Assembly (NCBI RefSeq): GCF_009914755.1
Contig: NC_060925.1
DNA length: 64,000 nt
Reading direction: 5' to 3' (one strand)
Origin: the human T2T-CHM13v2.0 reference genome, Homo sapiens
Each line of letters begins with the position of its first letter. Within the stretch, counting starts at the first letter, position 1. Below, one piece after another: positions 1 to 16,880 of this stretch. The notes beneath the pieces are model-generated. The model ran no database searches. It had not been told where the DNA came from and saw only the letters and a program-made list of their open reading frames with translations. Both the position numbers and the translations under genes were made by a program.

Positions 1-64
1 TTTCCCATGAGAATAAGTCTGTATAACAAACATCTCTTAAATACATTTACATAATTAAGAAGGT

Positions 65-367
65 GACCAGGCATGGTGGCTCACGCCTGTAATCCCAGCA
101 CTTTGGGAGGCCAAGGCAGGTAGATCACCTGAGGTCAGGAGTTCGAGACCAGACTGGCCAATATAGTGAAACTCCGTCTCTACTAAAAATACAAAAATTG
201 GCTGGGCATGGCATCGGGTGCCTGTAATCCCAGCTACTCAGGAGGCTGAGACAGAAGAATTGCTTGAAACGGACAGGCAGAGCTTGCAGAGAGCCAAGAT
301 AGCACCACTGCATTCCAGCCTAGGTGCCAAGAGCAAAACTCCATCTCAAAAAATAAATAAATAAAAA
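65..367 (+). mobile_element. Alu (AluS-type), full length
   Basis: GGTGGCTCACGCCTGTAATCCCAGC, A-rich linker, right monomer, A/TAAA tail. Confidence 0.95.
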
Positions 368-1550
368 TAACTAAAATGTAAAAGGTGTAACAACAACCTG
401 GCATGTGTACTAAAATAAATAAACAAAACATAAAATTGCTTTATAAACAAGTTGTGAGGTTTAAAATTAAACACTAGGCAACACATATCCCCAAAAACCT
501 TCAGAACATTAAAAATAAACATGGTGATTATAGTTACTTCATGCTGAAATACTGTGTGTTCTAAAAGATTCTAATTTATTTAAATCCATACACATTCCAT
601 TAAATACTACATCGTATAAAGTATGACAGAGATTTAAATTATGCTAAATCTGAAAAATGGTAGCAATTTATAGTCTCCTGGTGACTCCAAAGTAAAAGAA
701 ATATTAACGATGCCCACAAAATACAAAAAGTCAAGTAACATGAATTTTCTAATCTTTAAAATTAAGAGAATAATGACTTTCAAGCTTCCAATGAAGAATT
801 ATTGCAAATAAACTTCTGCAAGAAAAAAACTGGGGTTCTACATTAAATCAGATTATTAATCACTGAATTGAATGCAATTATGCAATTATAGAATGGACTA
901 TTTTTAATTAATCGACTGTATTACATTCTCTGTATATAAGCACTACCTACTCAACAGATTATAATTCTTTTGCTCCAACATTTATTCTAAAAAATGTCAC
1001 ACAGTCATTGACTATAAAATAATAGGGAAAAAACAGATTTTCTACACTTCCTGAATGTTTTATGATACAGTCCTCCATTTGTCTATAAAGATAACTAGAT
1101 GTAAACAATTGGTTAAAATAATTTTCATAGGAAAAATGTACAGATGTCAAAATATCGATGTAGACTTTCTTTTCTAAATCTTAATCTAGTGAATACTTTT
1201 TTAGACTATAGAATTAAGAGATATTTGGAAGACTAATAATTTAATGTTTTGATGCAAACATCAAATTTGCATGTTTTGAAATGGTAAAAAGAAACAATAT
1301 GATTTTTTTCTCTCAATACCTACCTTCAATAATTAAGGAAGCTAAAACTTTCATATCAAAGTGATAAGTAGATAAAATTAATTAATTTTGCCTGTGACTT
1401 TGAGAATGTGTTTATGGGTGTCAATATTTTCTCTTTGCCAACAGTCTCTGGAAAATTGGCTGGCTCTTAATGGTTGTTTAATGAAAATAAGAACTGCTAA
1501 TATAATGTGCCTCCCTTGTTTCTGCTCATTGCTGCCGTTAGCCTCTATGA

Positions 1551-2125
<575 letters not shown>

Positions 2126-3345
2126 TTTCATAATACACTAACATACTACTTACTTTCCTGTTATGTAAATTTGAGTCATTAACAAATAATTAAAAATTAA
2201 CTCTATTTCATTGGTTAAGTGATATAGAATCTGCCATATTACTGTATTTTGGAAAGGCAAAGCATGATAAAATACATGATAAACATTTAATAATGTGTTA
2301 AATTATATAATTTAAATTCTATGAAACATAGTATCAGAATATGTGTTCCCCGTGAGCTTATATGATTGAATGTATATTCCTGCAAAATATATATAAAATT
2401 TTATGACTAAATTATGGTAAATATAAATATAAGGAAATCTACATAATAAAATCTTCGATAAAATACATGAAGAAAAACTATTATCCTAATATAATCAGTA
2501 AAACAGACTAAATAATTAGAAGGCAAAGTACTTGATTTAAATTTGAATACAATAGTTTTGCTGCAAGTGTCTACTATGTACAATACAGATAAGATTTTAA
2601 CTTTCAGAATAATACGTTCTGTAAATAGCAGAAAAAATTTATACAAAAAACAAATATTTAAAATATAAATTATTTATCCATCTATTCTAAAATTAATGAG
2701 AATCCTGGTTTGAATCCTGTGAACTGCTACACCACTTAACATTAGTATATTCTAGTGTATTTGAAGATTTTTTAGACAAAAATATTTGAAATATCTTAGC
2801 TTGCTATCACGCTAGTGAGAAAAAAATAATACTTTGTTATTTCCAAGAATTTCTACAAGAGAAAATACTCTCTCTAATAGTTGAAGCACCTTGTGGAATA
2901 CTGAGGCAACCTGCGGTTTAAAAAGTATCTTGCTTGCCCTAAGATTGTGTCATAATTTTCATTGGCCTCAAATAAATTTTTCTTTTTTAACAAACATTTT
3001 GTTTAATATAAAATTAAGGCTCAAGGATTTAATGTAAAACATAATTTTGGAAGCTGAATATTAGGCAAATGAATGATACTTATAGTTTAAGAAATTAATA
3101 GTTGGATATGACTCAATTACATTTTTAATTTTATTTATTCAATTTAAAATTTTTTACTGAGACCTTTTGATCAAAATGTACAGAAAACTGAATTGAGAAG
3201 GATTTTTTTAATGGAAACAACAGCAAGCATGAAAACATACCCTATTGTCACCAACCATAGATATGCACAATCCCTGGAAGAAGTTGCACAGGGAACTGCT
3301 AATTTGAAAATTTTAACATATATTATCTTTGTTGGGGTAACCTAC

Positions 3346-3402
3346 CACAGGACCTGGTCTTCCAGTTAGACCCATTGGGCCAGGTGGGCCTCTCAGAGCA
3401 AT
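3346..3402 (-). CDS. COL11A1: COL11A1 exon 14 (57 nt): IALRGPPGPMGLTGRPGPV, start of major triple helix
   Basis: Acceptor GTTTTCTAG, donor GTG|GTAGGT. Confidence 0.96.
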
Positions 3403-5443
3403 CTAGAAAACAAAATATATCAAATTCAGTAATATTCTCCTGGAAGAGCACATTAAAGTACAATATGAATCTGCACAAGCTGCCCTTAAGTAATACATGA
3501 TCAACACAGATTTAATAACTACATGCTAGAAAGAGTGTCAGGTTACTGAAGAACTGCAAATTTCTAGAATGACAAAAGAGGTAAATATCAGACATTTTAA
3601 AAACTTTTTAACATATAAAATCTTGTAATATATATTGCTATGACTTAATCAAAAATAAAAGTTAAACTAGATTTTAGAACAACTAATATCTGATAATTTA
3701 CTATTCTGAATTTACTCAAGAATAATGCATAGCCTTTTTCTCTTAAATGTGTAGGCACAATTTGAGAGGCTTTAAATAAAATTCTTTTAGCAATATTTTA
3801 GGAAAAATTATGATAACCAAAGCCAGACACCATAAAACAAAACTGGTCAGGAAGTGTTATGATAATATGTGCCTTTTAACAAATCTCAGATATAATGCTA
3901 TAGAGAAGAATGTTTTATTTTGTATAATCATATGCATAATAAACTGATTACATGCACTATTGTTACACTGAATATTAGAAATGTGAAATTAGCATACTTG
4001 AAAAGCTGAAACACATACAGTACAAAAGATAAAAATTTGATAGATGTTAAATTAGTATTGTGTGCTACTTTTGAATATTAGAGAGCTCAACAGATGAACA
4101 CTTAGATTTATCACAAAGATATCAAAAATAATACAACAGAAATAAATGCAAAATCATATTAGAAAAGTGCACGAGATGAAAACAGTAGGATCTCCAAAAT
4201 CACTACTGACTCACCATGAGATTTTTGACAATATACTTCTTAATCCTTGAGATTAAATATCTGAAAAATTGAATTATAATGCTTGCTACCTATTTTTCAA
4301 GTAGGTTAAGAGGACTAATAAAATGAGGAATTCAATGACCTCATAAAATATTTAAGTTCAAATAATTACCTTAAAATCGTTCAAAAGAATATATTTTATA
4401 AAATAAGTTATAGAAATCTTTAGTAAATTATTTTAAATAATTTTAGATTTGCATTATGCCAAAATCTAATAAACAAATATTTTAATTTTTCATTATCTTT
4501 AAACATGATACAATCAAATAATGATATATTTTCAGATTAATAGACTTAGGAAAGACATAAACAAATATTGAGGATGAATTACAATTTTTACTCATGTTTT
4601 CAGATATTTTTACACATGCTGCATAAATTCATCATGATGCATAAAAATTTTATCACAGAAGTGATTTATATTGGTTAGAAAGTGGGTAACCATATCCATA
4701 CCAAACAAAAATCCTTTATTTCCTTCTTCCTTAAAAAGAAAACCAATACTATGAATAAAAATGTTATATGAATTCCATTTCCTTCCTGGTCTATCCTTTT
4801 GATTTTCTTGTGTATATTCTAATTTCAATGAAACTAATTAAAAAACATAAATGTAATTCTATATTTTATAAGTCTACAAGTAGTGGAAGCTTTAAACTAA
4901 AAAACATAAATTGAAATTTTAAAAATACTACAGATTATAAAGATTAGGGTTGGTAAGAAATTTGAAGGTTTCTTTTTTATATATGATGCCCAAAAAATTT
5001 AATTTTCTGTGTTATCCATGATATGTTAAATAATCCAGAAAATTAAGAACAAATGTATTTCAAATTTTATTCTCTTAATTATAACCAATCATTGACTTAT
5101 AAGTTAGCAGAGTAAAACTGGATGTGAAAGATAAGGTGCACTAGGTGTAAATATATCAATACTCTTGGGAAAAAAAAATAGAAATCTTGCGTGTTATGGT
5201 GGGAAACTGCTAGAATTATATAATGGCAACATTGCATTGGTCAACTACCTAACTATAATTTTCAATTAATAAACATTACTACTAGAAAAACAAATAAAAT
5301 TTTAGCAGTTTTCCAAGTAAGTTTAACACAGTATTCGGAAGTAAATATTCTATTAATAATGGTAGCATCTTCCGTATGTACACACATATATACTTGATAC
5401 AGAGTCAGTCATCTTGTGGGAATGCAAGTTTATCCTGTCTTAC

Positions 5444-5527
5444 CCGAGCCTGCTGAAGAATAGCTTGAGCCTGAGCTTCCTGAGCAGAGATGGTTGGTCC
5501 TTTGGAACCATCACCACCATAACGGAA
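5444..5527 (-). CDS. COL11A1: COL11A1 exon 13 (84 nt): [29 protein letters not shown]-telopeptide region
   Basis: Acceptor CTTCCAAG, donor CGG|GTAAGA. Confidence 0.96.
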
Positions 5528-6534
5528 CTTGGAAGAGATAACATTAAGAAATTCAAAATTAGCTTTGTCAAACATGTTGAATTACGTGCTTTGATCATTA
5601 GATAAAAACCACTTATTAAAATGGTGGGATTTTACAAAATTACAAAGTAACTCCGTAATGAATCATGAGATCTAGTTTGTATTGTTTTTGCTCTTTCCAT
5701 TTCTTCTGGAAGTTCTTTACACTACAGGTTACCATTTGTAGAAGAAGAAACTAGAAACTCTGTCTCAATTTTAAATGCTATAATTTCTATACCTCTGGAA
5801 TAAACCATTGTGACTTTTTTTTAAGCACAAATGTTACCCATTTTATTGATTCATTTGTATAAAATTCCAAATATACCAAGTTCAGTGACAGTTACAGCTC
5901 AATCTCTATTTTGTTTGTCAAAATTTTTGGAATATCCATTAATACACAGGAAATTTTCCTTGTGATTTATTTATTTTGTTCACCCATTCTTAAGTACTTA
6001 TGTTATAAAACAGATCTTCTGTAATATTCCTCTATAAAATTTGCTCCATTTTAACTCAAAATGCAGTAGGAGTCAATTTTTCATTCTAAGTAATTATTTC
6101 TTGAAACTTTGTTCATTACATTGAAATTGATAAATAAAATATGCATTTTTTTCCCAAAACACCAGGGCAACAAAAACTTTACAAAGGAATCTTACAGTAA
6201 AGCAAATAATTTTTGAGCAATGAATAATAACACTACAAATAAATACTATTTATGACTATATAGATAATAGATGGTAAATAGTATATTAATGTTATGTTAA
6301 ATAACATATGAAAAACATGTTAATACTGTGACTCAGGATAAACCACAATTGGAAATATTGTCAAAAACTCTGTTGCTAAGAGTGTAATCAAATAATGAAT
6401 TCTTAGTTTTAATGCAGAGATTGATACCATAATTTTGTTTTGTAAAATTTCCCTGAATTTCCAAATGCTGCTTAATTTCAAGTATTTCTACCTTGTACAA
6501 TGGTTTTTAGTTGATTGCTCTTCAATATGGTTCA

Positions 6535-6675
<141 letters not shown>

Positions 6676-8748
6676 CTAGAAAAATAAATGAAATAACCAA
6701 AATAAATAAATATCAAAATAATATTTACTAGAACTAGAATAACTTATAACGTAAGTCTACTTTATCTAATTTGCATTTGCCCTTTCCACCTTATTTAGTC
6801 TGTTTTTAGTAAGTATACCTAGACAGAATTCTATTCTGTTGCACTAGTTTTAGATGATTTTAATAATGTTCGGTTATTAATATATAATCCAATTAAGCTA
6901 TAAATTTTGCTCAAACTTTGTTCACAGCCTAAAACTGTGTAAGATGAAGAGTTCACATATATTTTAAGGGAAAGTAATGTGAGAAAAACAAGTAGTACAA
7001 GCCTGGTTCTTACAGTTAGATAAAAACAGATTTAAGTAAATAATGAAAGTTTTATTTAAAAATTACTAGGTTTAAGGTATATTTTAGTATTCTTTAACAG
7101 ATACATAAATAGTATTTATTTTGTAGAATACTTAACTACATACTATATTTTAATAGACAATAGATACTATCTTCAAGAGAGATACTTTTTAACATAATGA
7201 CTAATTTTAGCATGTTAATGTTAATCATAATCACTAATTTATTTTAAATGTTTACTGATTAAATATACTCAGTGTATGTATGTGTGCATGCATACATACA
7301 TGTACATTTAGAAGTTTAGGTGTGACTATGCTGTCCAGAAATCCAAGATATGGATATGAATATAGAAAATATTAAATATGTAATATATACATCTGTTGAT
7401 AAGTATGTGACTCATAGATATAAGGTATATGTCCATAAGCTTTCAATATAAGGAGACATTTCTACATAGCCATGTCATACTTGTCAGGGAAGCAAGTAAA
7501 TTCAAAAATTAATAAATAACTAGATACAAAATGCTATAACTCAAAGCGCCCAACCAATATATAAAAAAATGCAGCAGCACTTTTCAAATGTGAATTTCTC
7601 ATAAAAAGTTAACTCCTAGGAAAGTGTTAACATTGATTCTAGATTGGCAAAATTATATTTTATTTAGAATATTATTTCAATAGATTCTGTACAAGTTTCA
7701 AGGAACTGTTAAAGTAAGTTCAAATAATGGCTTCTATAAAGAAATAATTTTTTAAAATCCTAACAAATCTAGCTTGAATGGTATAATTTCCTATTACTAA
7801 AATATTTCCTACATTTTTAGATCATTTATATGTCTCTATTTATAAGGCACAGTGTAAAGAGATGAATTTCTCACCTGATATAGAGTTTAAGGTGAGTAAA
7901 TTACAGAATATAAAAAGGTCTTATGAAAATATGGTGGGATTTAAAAATATTAACTAAAATGACTATTACACATAAATGTCTCCAAGAAACTGGACATATC
8001 AAATTAAGTAAGCAGAGCATGTAAGAACTAACTTTATGAACTTTATTTTAAATAAAAAGTTTCATAATGTTTGCATAATACACTTCTTATGTCCTCTGAC
8101 CTTAAATAGCTGTTACTCAGTCCAGAATTTCTGAAATAGTTAAAAATCTTCCTTCATTAAATTTAAATTAAAAAGTTTTTACATTATTTAAATTGTAATT
8201 ATATGAAAAGTATAAGTTATTTGCATCTCTGATCCTCTAAAGAACAAAAGAAAGAAAGTACAAAGTTATTGGCTACTCAAGGATGTGGGGAAAAAAGGGA
8301 AGGTTATTTTATGAGAAGAGTTTGGAGAGACTTAACACAAATGAGATATTTCAGCATGTAACCCAGGGTTTGATCCTCAAAGTAGAATTTAGATTTATTA
8401 ACTTATTCTGTCAGCATCCAAATAAATATAAATGGAAATATCTGGAAAATATGACTGGAATTCAAATTTGAAGACCAGAATCCCTAATGTAATGAGTTCA
8501 TATCAATATGGATGTTGGGTGAAATAAAAGTTTTCTTACTAATTATGCCATAGATAAATGCACATTGTTTTCCTCACTTCAAAATAATATTTAAAATGTT
8601 AACTAAAATGTTGTGCAGCACTGAATTCATGCTGCCTTTACCCCTCCCACACGCAGTAAGATAACATGTTATACTTGTAGAATACATTTTAATTATTTAA
8701 GTCTGTATGACATGCATTTGTAATGAGATATCATGTCCATTCACTTAC

Positions 8749-8811
8749 CCTATCGCCAGGGTCACCAGGGGGTCCAGTGGGGCCTTGTAGACCTGGAGGA
8801 CCCATAATACC
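8749..8811 (-). CDS. COL11A1: COL11A1 exon 11 (63 nt): GIMGPPGLQGPTGPPGDPGDR
   Basis: Acceptor TCTCTATAG, donor AGG|GTAAGT; pure Gly-X-Y. Confidence 0.96.
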
Positions 8812-9746
8812 CTATAGAGAAACACACCATATCTTAATCAGATTCCTAATCTCATTAATATTTAGATGAATTCACTCTAGTCCTATCGAAGAGTTCGTTT
8901 ATATTTTATAAATATACACTAGAGTTCTAAACAGTTGCCCTATTTATCTTCCTGTGAAAAGACAACATATAGAAACCAATTTGTAGCTAGTTCAGCTGCT
9001 CTCAGGGTGGAGGCAAACATTTCAAGGAAAAACAGGAAAGAAGAATATGCCAATGTAAAGTCTCTAAGGTCATATTTGGTCCCAGTTCTAACTGAAGAAA
9101 TGGAACACTCATAAAATTAGATCTCAAAAATTTGATAGCCAAGTTGAACATGTAGAAATCATTTAGGTTAGAGGCAATTATGTTTCCTTTTATGGGTAAA
9201 CATATTTAAATGCATCAGTATCATATATTATTTTAGACGACAAGAGTTTAATTAATTCCACAAAAGACAGAGGATTTATTACAAGGTCTTATCAGTGCAA
9301 TCACCTGAGAATAAACACACTGAGTAACATCAGCCTTATCAGGATACCACAATGGAATCTGATAATTACTCCACACAGAGGTATAGATAAGGCAGCTGCA
9401 GTCTACCTAGAAGTTGAGATTCCATTTGTTAAGATACAATTATACCTCTGCAATGAAAATAAGGATGACTTTTCTTTACTTTCATATATTTCAGTAGAAA
9501 GACGAAAATGAGTTTAGAAGATGCAGAGGTATCTAAGCCACAAAAATATTTAAAACAAAATTTAAAGAGTATTACTTGGATAGACAAATCAGAAGGCAGT
9601 TCAAAGGCACCAGCTCCTCTGAACAAATGTTTTTCTCTATAATTCAATATTCTAATTAGTCTAAAATGTTCTCATTCAGTAATTAATAGAAATCTTATAT
9701 ATGATTACTTTAAATAGACAAAAATAATCTTAAAACATTTACATAC

Positions 9747-9788
9747 TGCAGGTCCTGCTGGTCCTGGTGGTCCTTCGACAAGCATACC
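9747..9788 (-). CDS. COL11A1: COL11A1 exon 10 (42 nt): GMLVEGPPGPAGPA
   Basis: Acceptor CTGTTATAG, donor GCA|GTATGT. Confidence 0.95.
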
Positions 9789-10104
9789 CTATAACAGGAA
9801 AAGAGAACATCTCTACCAGGGAAATATAACCCCCAACCTCTTAATTACATGAATATAAGAGAACACTATATCATTGCATATTAAATAGTGAATTATCTAT
9901 TCATACCACTTAAATTAATTACAAATGTTTTTGCACAGGGAAGGAAAGAAATTCAAAATTATAGAAGATATAGACTGTGCCCTCAGAGAATGTGTGAATT
10001 AAGTGGAGTGGAAATGAATATTTAGATGAATAATATTACAAAGGAGAATATGCTAAGTGCTCCCAGGAAGAGTACAGACAAAACAATCTACCAAGGTTTT
10101 TTAT

Positions 10105-10200
10105 TTTTTGTTTTTCGTTTGTTTGTAGCCCACAGAATAATACCTGGCATAAAACAGAAACTTAGTAAATATTTGCTGTGTAAATGAAAGAATGGAAAAT
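10105..10200 (+). mobile_element. L2 3' end remnant
   Basis: CCTGGCATAAAACAGAAACTTAGTAAATATTTGCTG...AATGAAAGAATG resembles the L2 tail. Confidence 0.55.
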
Positions 10201-10520
10201 AAGCACTTTAATTCAGGGAAATTACAGAAAAATCCAGGCAAAAGGAAAATGAATAAATATGATATAAGCTCTTTATAAGCAAAGGAATAAAGAGCTATTC
10301 AGAATAAGAACTCAGTTCTAAAACATTTATGATTCCACTCCATCTTTGGACTGCTGAAAAGCTATAATGTCATTTAAAAAGGGGGTTAAAACTTTTTATA
10401 ATAAGGACTGATTCATTCTGAAAAAAATATTTTCAACACTTTTTGTGAGCATGTTGCATGATTTTGGAGTAATGAGTAGATGGCCAACAAAGTCCTTAAA
10501 ATTGTCTCTTTTTATTCCTT

Positions 10521-11919
<1,399 letters not shown>

Positions 11920-12269
11920 TTATTCTTTATCATTTTTCTTTCTCTGTTTTTTTTTGAAATTTTTATGTCCTTACAATTTCTGAAATGATTTTCGTGTTGT
12001 TCTACCTTCAGTTCTAATACATTAGTTTTTCTGAATTGTTTATTAGCAGGAAACAATGGCAAAACCGCTTCCAAGTAAGAATCTGTTTCTTAGCAATATT
12101 ATTAGTAATAATATTGATATAAATTTTAAAAGATTAATTTGGAGTGAATTAGAGATTCTTCTGTAGATGAAAAGGAAGTAAAAAATATCATATGACACAA
12201 TTTGGATATGTAACAAATATATGTTATATATTTCAAATAATGTGAAGTCATAGAGATTAGAGAAAAATA

Positions 12270-12440
12270 TCATTGGATTGGAAAGTAGGAAAGCTAAAAG
12301 TCCTATTATATCTCATTGATCAAACATTTGATACCTCAGGAAAATTACTTAAGTCCTTTAGATCTCTGGTTCTTTAGTTTTAAAATGAGAGAATTAGACA
12401 AGACAAATTTCAGCTACTTTCAAATTCTGAATTTCTGCAG
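12270..12440 (+). mobile_element. MIR remnant
   Basis: GGAAAATTACTTAAGTCC...TCTTTAGTTTTAAAATGAGAGAATTAGAC resembles the MIR core. Confidence 0.5.
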
Positions 12441-12611
12441 CTCTATAATGTTTTGTTTTATTGAAATTCTCCTTTCTAGACAAGACCTTATTAACTTACT
12501 TATTTGTGGTGAATTGCAAACATCTGGACATCAAGATTATCATTGGTAAAACACGAACATACATAATAATTTAACATAATCGTGGCTCATAAGCAATTTT
12601 ACCAACCTTTA

Positions 12612-13083
<472 letters not shown>

Positions 13084-13663
13084 GGCCATTTGTTTTTAAA
13101 AAGATAATTTAGTAAACTAAACACATTTAAAACAACCTATTAAAATATATTTTTAAATATGAAGACCTATTGAAGGCTTAAATATGGCAAAAATTAAAAG
13201 AGAGGCATAAGAAGCATTAATACTGAATCTTAAAATGAGATTGAACGATTGCCTCTTATAAACATGTTTTATAATGACATCTATAGATGTCAGTTATTAT
13301 TCCCAGGCATTAAGAAATGTCATCAAATTAAATTTAAAAAATAGTCTAAAAATCAGAAATAAAAAATCAGACTTGCTACTTGGAATAAAAACAACTATGG
13401 TTTAATCTTATCAATGACAAAATTTCTGATGCAATTCTATTCAAGATTTTACTTTCAAATAATGACTCCAAAAGTATGGCCAAAGATACAACTGCTGAAG
13501 ATTCCCATGTGAAAGAATCTAACAAGGTGTCCTAGTGGTAATAGGCATTCATAATTTACATAAAAATTCAACCTGCATTTTAAACCTGAAAAGACATTAA
13601 GATGGACATGGACATAAAAATATCCCATAAATAAGACATACAATGACACAGTGCATAGTATCA

Positions 13664-13924
<261 letters not shown>

Positions 13925-14285
13925 CTATTAATTTAAATTGCAAGGAATTGAGGAACATGAAGTTTATTGTTAGTAAAGCAAGGTAAGCATTTAAATTACA
14001 ATTTGATAGCGTGTGATGGGATGCGATTTTGTTACTACTCAAGCAACTCTAAACACCTGGAAAGTAGGCTTTCAGTATCATTGAAAGAAATATATTTGTA
14101 CATTGCTATGTACAAAGAGATATTGCTTTCAAAGCACTTTCTCCAATAAACTGCAAATATTCACATGGAATTAACATGTGTATTTGCTTGTTCCATTGGA
14201 AAAAACATGTTAGTCAATTTCATATTTACTTCACAGTTTAAGATTTGAACAATAAAAAAGGTATGGAGTTAAAGCTTTGCTTAAT

Positions 14286-14584
14286 GTTTTTTTCTTTCTT
14301 TTTTTTTTTTGAGATGGATGGAGTTTCACTCTTGTTGTGCAAGGGCGCAATCTTGGTTCACAGCAACCTCCACCTCCTGGGTTCAAGTGATTCTCCTGCC
14401 TCAGCCTCCCGAGTAGCTAGGATTACAGGCATGCACCACCATGCCTGGGTAATTTTGTATATTTGGTAGAGACGGGTTTTCTCCATGTTGATCAGGCTGG
14501 TCTCGAACTCCCGACCTGAGGTGATCCACCCGCCTTGGTCTCCCAAAGTGTTGGGATTACATGTGCGAGCCACCACACCCTGGC
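14286..14584 (-). mobile_element. Alu (AluSp/Sq-like) with a small internal deletion
   Basis: TSD AGCTTTGC(T/C)TAAT on both sides; CCCAGGCTGGAG missing near 14335. Confidence 0.93.
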
Positions 14585-15060
14585 AGCTTTGCCTAATTTT
14601 TAAATCTTACAGAACATCATTATGAAATACATTTGCTAAAAGGATAAGCCATATAAGTTTGAGTCTCATCCCATAAATAAAATAATAATATGCCAATATC
14701 AGTATAAATAGAGATGTATCATTACAATGATTATGTAGAGTATCTCATATGTAGGGAAGTAGTATTACACCAAAGAGTTCTTTAAAGCAAATAAAATAAA
14801 TGATAGCTAGCAACATTTAGGACAATGAAATATAAAATATCACTGTACAATTCTCAAGAAGAGTAAGGAATAAATATTAATTAATACTTACAAGTAAGAA
14901 TTATGTCAATAATACTTCCTCAGAGACATAGACAAAAACTGATACCTTTTTTTCTCATAATTCCTTACTAGTAGAATAAACCTGAATCCGACTTATCATG
15001 TGAATATTTGGTTTTATTATGATCATGATGAGGCTCAAATTAAATAACTTATCTTGCTAC

Positions 15061-15273
15061 TTTTTATTTTTTGAGATGGGGTCTCAATCTGTCACCCAGG
15101 CTGGAGTTGAGTGGTACAATCATACCTCACTGCAGCCTGGGACTCCTGGGCTTACATGATCATCCTGCCTCAGCCTCCTGTGTAGCTGGGACTACAGGCA
15201 TGCACCAGCATGCCCAGCTTATTCATTGATTGATTTATTTGTAAAGACAGGATCTTATTGTATTGCCTAGGCT
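15061..15273 (-). mobile_element. 5'-truncated AluJ
   Basis: CTCACTGCAGCC...CTCCTGGGCT J-type pattern; TTATCTTGC direct repeat on both flanks. Confidence 0.85.
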
Positions 15274-16448
15274 TATCTTGCCAATTTGTAAATTTCATTT
15301 TTAAGTAACTCATTTTCTATTCCATAGTAAATCTAGATGATAGAGTAATATTAGATAATAGTATTACACAATCTTGTGAATGAAAATATGTAGATAAATG
15401 ATGAGTAATTTTTCACTAAAATTAAATGTCCAATAACCGTAATTTTTTTTGTATTCTTAGATAAGGAGTATATGCTGTCTACAGAGACTGCATAATATCT
15501 ATGGTGAGAATATTGCTATAATCATAGCTCTGAACTAAAATGCTGGATGAATTTGGTTAGGTAAATGGACATCTTGAATCAAAATACTCATTTTTTTTGA
15601 AAATTATTAATTTCATCTAAAAGAAAGTTAAAATCCATTCTCACCCTAAACATTTATTATTCACAATTTTGTGTTTTCACATAAATCTATTTGCCTAATT
15701 GAGAGACATTTTACATAAATTTTCTTAAAACTAAATTACATTTCTTATATTCATTTCCTGATAAAATTATACCAAAATGTATACCAGATATTTAACAAAG
15801 TTAAACTGAATTGTATGTTGTATTCTTCATGATCAGAATGCATGTGAAATATGAATTTCAGGAAGATTAATTTTTACCTACATGTACTTAAATATTTTCA
15901 TAGAAAATAATGGAAAGATTAAGATATATTAGTTTAATAAGAATTAATATTACATTCCTAACAAGTTTGAAAATGTAAATAGTTATTTAAGTCCACTAAG
16001 ACTACATTTTCTCAAAATGCTTGCTGTCATAAAATGCATGATTATTCATCAGAGGGAGTAAAATTCTAATTGTATCCTTCGATGATACAATTTTCACTTT
16101 AGAGGATTCTTCTCACAGAAGAAACATGTTGTGAATACCCTTAGTCACAACATGTTGAAAAGCTTGCTCAATTCCAGGAGCAATTAAGAAAATAATAGCG
16201 GCCAATTCAGTTTGATCAATTTAGCATCTGCATGAAGCAAAGAGTCACGCAAAACCTGAATTGGCATTGATTTCAGATGAACTGCTTTTAGTAATAGTGA
16301 ACCATTGCTATTGTTTCTCTTACTTTAGTAAAAGAATAAAAACATCAGATGTTTGAGAAATTATAGATTCTTCCAGAGTGAAGTATATCAAAATAAATTA
16401 CATATTTAAAAAGTGGGACTGTGATTTAATACTGTCTATACGTATTAC

Positions 16449-16541
16449 CTCATTTGTCCCAGAAACATGCCTAGGAGCTTCTGTCTGGTAACTTTCCATT
16501 GTTCCATAGTTGTATTCTTGAAAATCATCAACGATGTTTGC
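16449..16541 (-). CDS. COL11A1: COL11A1 exon 7 (93 nt): [31 protein letters not shown]
   Basis: Acceptor ACCATTAG, donor GAG|GTAATA. Confidence 0.96.
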
Positions 16542-16727
16542 CTAATGGTAAATTCAGAAGAGAATTAGTAAACATGTAAGGTGATCCCAAATGTATGGAA
16601 ATCATGATTTAATTGGGTTATAGTATTAGCCAAGTGAGTATTTATCTAGTTGGGTTAAGACTATGATTCATGATCAGAGATCTTCCAGCTTATCTAGGAT
16701 AGATCTTGATTGCTTTTTCTTCGCTAC

Positions 16728-16880
16728 CTTTACCCCTAGTTTGGCTTTTGCTGATGCTTGATAACTTTTCTTCTTCTTGGATGAAAATTTTTCAGATTTG
16801 GGGGGTGTAAACTTTTTGGATTTTTCCTTTGATTTAGTAGCCACTGTCCTCATCTTCTTTTTGAAATTGGATTTCTTTTT
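16728..16880 (-). CDS. COL11A1: COL11A1 alternative exon 6B (153 nt), basic: KKKSNFKKKMRTVATKSKEKSKKFTPPKSEKFSSKKKKSYQASAKAKLGVK
   Basis: Acceptor ATTTTACAG, donor AAG|GTAGCG, 51 codons including 20 Lys; matches the known basic variable-region peptide. Confidence 0.95.
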
